Shown piece after piece: positions 61,912 to 64,000 of a stretch of 64,000 nt of DNA. Position 1 is the stretch's first letter. The number at the start of each line of letters is the position of its first letter. Below the pieces are notes generated by a model. The model ran no database searches, was not told where the DNA came from, and saw only the letters and a program-made list of their open reading frames with translations. The DNA is from an uncultured Verrucomicrobiae bacterium (GTDB lineage: Bacteria; Verrucomicrobiota; Verrucomicrobiia; Chthoniobacterales; JAFAMB01): assembly GCA_963808535.1 (NCBI GenBank), contig CAWEGF010000015.1, positions 22,526 to 86,525 on the forward strand, written 5' to 3'. The translations under genes were made by a program, and so were the position numbers.

Positions 61912-62487
61912 TTAGAGATCGTTCGCTGCGTCGCTAGTCAGCTTTTCCCAGTAGGCTTCCACTTGGGAGCCGAGTTGATTATCGCGGATAAATAAGCTCC
62001 CCTCCTCGGTCTTCGGGTTGACGGTGAAGAAAGCTTCAGCCGCTTTTCCGAGCCAGGACTTGTCCAGATCATCTTTGGCGTCAGGTCGTTCGGCTCCCTG
62101 GCCGAAAGCCACCTGCGCCACCCTCAACAAGCCGAGGGTGCTATCTCGATCCTGAGAGTTCAGCGAAATGGCAAAAAACTTGTCTTGGAAAAAGTGATAA
62201 ATGATTGATTCGAGCTTTACCGGTCCAAGTTGGAGGTTTTCGTCCTTCTTGACATACAGTTTTAAATCTCCCTGATCTTTGTCGAGAGTAAGTCCTTGGA
62301 ATTCCGAAAACGGGGTTCCAAATTTTTGACCGCGAAACCCGTTCGTCGTGTCGAGTTTCGTGGAGTGTTCAGCAGGCGGCGCCTGCTTATTCGATTCCTT
62401 CGCTGAAGAATCGTAGGTGCCCACTGCCGCAATCGACGAGGCGCAAAGCGCCAAGCGGGCATAATGCAAGAGTCGGCTTTTGGACAT
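61912..62487 (-). CDS. Exported hypothetical protein
   Basis: Likely ATG at 62487 with signal peptide; ends 32 bp before the precursor ATG. Confidence 0.75.
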   Translation of the reverse strand: MSKSRLLHYARLALCASSIAAVGTYDSSAKESNKQAPPAEHSTKLDTTNGFRGQKFGTPFSEFQGLTLDKDQGDLKLYVKKDENLQLGPVKLESIIYHFFQDKFFAISLNSQDRDSTLGLLRVAQVAFGQGAERPDAKDDLDKSWLGKAAEAFFTVNPKTEEGSLFIRDNQLGSQVEAYWEKLTSDAANDL

Positions 62488-62729
62488 AAATGTTTTAAAA
62501 AAAACGACGGCGCTGAGATAAACTTTCTCTGCTCCAAAAAGCAAGCGTAAAGAGCTCAGCGGGTTGTCGGGCATTCATCAGCCTCCTTCGCGCATGCTGA
62601 AAGCTTTAAGGGTCACTTATGTCGAGGAAAACGATAAATTCTAGGGCGACCCGCGTAGCAAAGAGGGCAGAGAACATTGGCCCAAGGTAAAACCCTGGTG
62701 TTTGGCGCTGCTCATCCTTTGACCCGAGG

Positions 62730-62976
62730 GCATGCCCCGGAGGGGCTACAGAACTCAGCCCAGGGTTAAGCCCAGGGTTTCAACCCTGGGATCCGTCAAG
62801 ATATCGCTTCGCCCTGCAGGGGCGACAGGGATGCCAGATGAATTTTCGCCTCCATTGTTGCCCAAAATAACGGTGTTAGTAGTTCTATCTGGCGCCCTTT
62901 CAGGGCGCTTCGCTTTGGGGTGGTCGGTCCCAGGGTTGAAACCCTGGGCTGAGTTCTGTAGCCCCTGCGGGGCATG
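62730..62976. mobile_element. Family-A REPIN-like inverted-repeat element
   Basis: gcatgccccggaggggctacagaactcagcccaggg at left; ccctgggctgagttctgtagcccctgcggggcatgc at right. Confidence 0.85.
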
Positions 62977-63127
62977 CCCTCCGGGCGGTAGCCGATCCTG
63001 GTTTTGCCGCTGGTTAGCTAGCTACTTTTACCGCGTCTCGACCCGGCGTTCGCACGCCAACGAAAAGCTTGTTATTTTGCCGTCAAGCTCACACTCCACC
63101 ACTCCACCACTCCACCACTCCCGCCGC

Positions 63128-64000
63128 ATGTCCTCTTCGAAAATATCTCGTCGCGATTTTGTTTTGCAGGCCGCTCTTCTGTCAGGCGGATTAGTCAGTG
63201 CTGGTCTGCGCTCAGTGCAGGCTTCAGAAGCACCGAATGAGGGCCAGTTAAGAGTTATTTTTGCAACGGATGCTCACTTGATGGTCGATAACCGGCTTCG
63301 TTCCGCAGACGGCCTTCGCACCGCCCTCTCGGCGATTGAAAGCGTGAAGCCGCGACCGGATCTAATCCTCTTCGGCGGGGACCTCACTCACGAATCCCCG
63401 GAACTCGATTTTCCAGCGGCCGAAGAGCTGATCGATCAATTTCTTGGGATTTGGAAAGATCACACCGATTTGCCAACCTTTTTTACCTTCGGAAACCATG
63501 ATCTGGTGGGCACTAAAAATGCCTCCGTTCAATCGTGATGATCCGAGGTTCGGTAAAGGATTGTACCGGATGCGCTTGGAGCTCGAACGCAATTTTTACG
63601 CCTTTCGAAAAAAAGGTTGGCGATTCATCGTGCTCGATGACGTCCTGCCAGTTCCGGACGGATCTTATGTCGGGGAATTCGTCGATGAACAACTCGCGTT
63701 TTTGCGGACCGAATTGGAGACCGATTCTCAAATGCCGACTCTGATCTGTGGCCATATTCCGTCGGTCTCTGTTCTCCCCAATCTGGGCGTTTGCGGCCAG
63801 ACCAAGACTAAGGGAGCGGAGATTGAAACTCCAGATTCTCTTTTAGCGCACAACGCCTCGGATCTGCGCCGTGTCTGGATGGAGACTAAGGCGAACGTAA
63901 AACTGGTTCTCGCCGGTCATCTGCATCATTTGGAGCAGATTCAAATTGATGGCGTTTCTTATATCACCGGAGGCGCGATTTGCGGCAACTGGTGGAAGGG
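63128..64000 (+). CDS. Tat-exported calcineurin-like metallophosphoesterase; frameshift near 63530; runs off window
   Basis: SRRDFV twin-Arg signal; TDAH, GGDL, GNHD, later GHIP and GHLH. Confidence 0.88.

Noticed and set aside
62732-63127. N-terminal extension of the phosphoesterase ORF
   Set aside because: It is read-through of the family-A repeat; the Tat signal begins at ATG 63128.

Overview
A 64-kb gene-dense bacterial window, mostly carbohydrate uptake and catabolism plus housekeeping genes. A Verrucomicrobiota (Chthoniobacterales-like) origin is my inference from gene content and repeat style. It holds a divergent Gfo/Idh/MocA + sugar-ABC + DUF993 catabolic locus (6.3-17.6 kb), a YjgC/ForC-type formate dehydrogenase with a DUF1641 partner, a ribose-type ABC operon with a duplicated binding protein, glgC-pgm, glgB and a Doc-like toxin/antitoxin pair. 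About a dozen genes are broken by small indels, which looks more like long-read consensus error than true decay. No rRNA, tRNA or CRISPR array was recognised. Highlights: (1) a GrrA/GrrM (OscA/OscB)-type cyclophane RiPP locus at 59.6-62.5 kb whose precursor core has 10 W-x-N motifs and 8 His in 46 residues, flanked by co-oriented accessory candidates; (2) GTAG-REP-tipped inverted-repeat elements that carry decayed pieces of an IS200-like/RAYT tyrosine transposase and repeatedly abut the hairpin of a second REP family; (3) tandem NrdR-like boxes 31 bp apart upstream of a BacA/YddA-type ABC transporter; (4) a Doc homologue lacking the catalytic His. All family assignments come from motif recognition by eye, not database searches.
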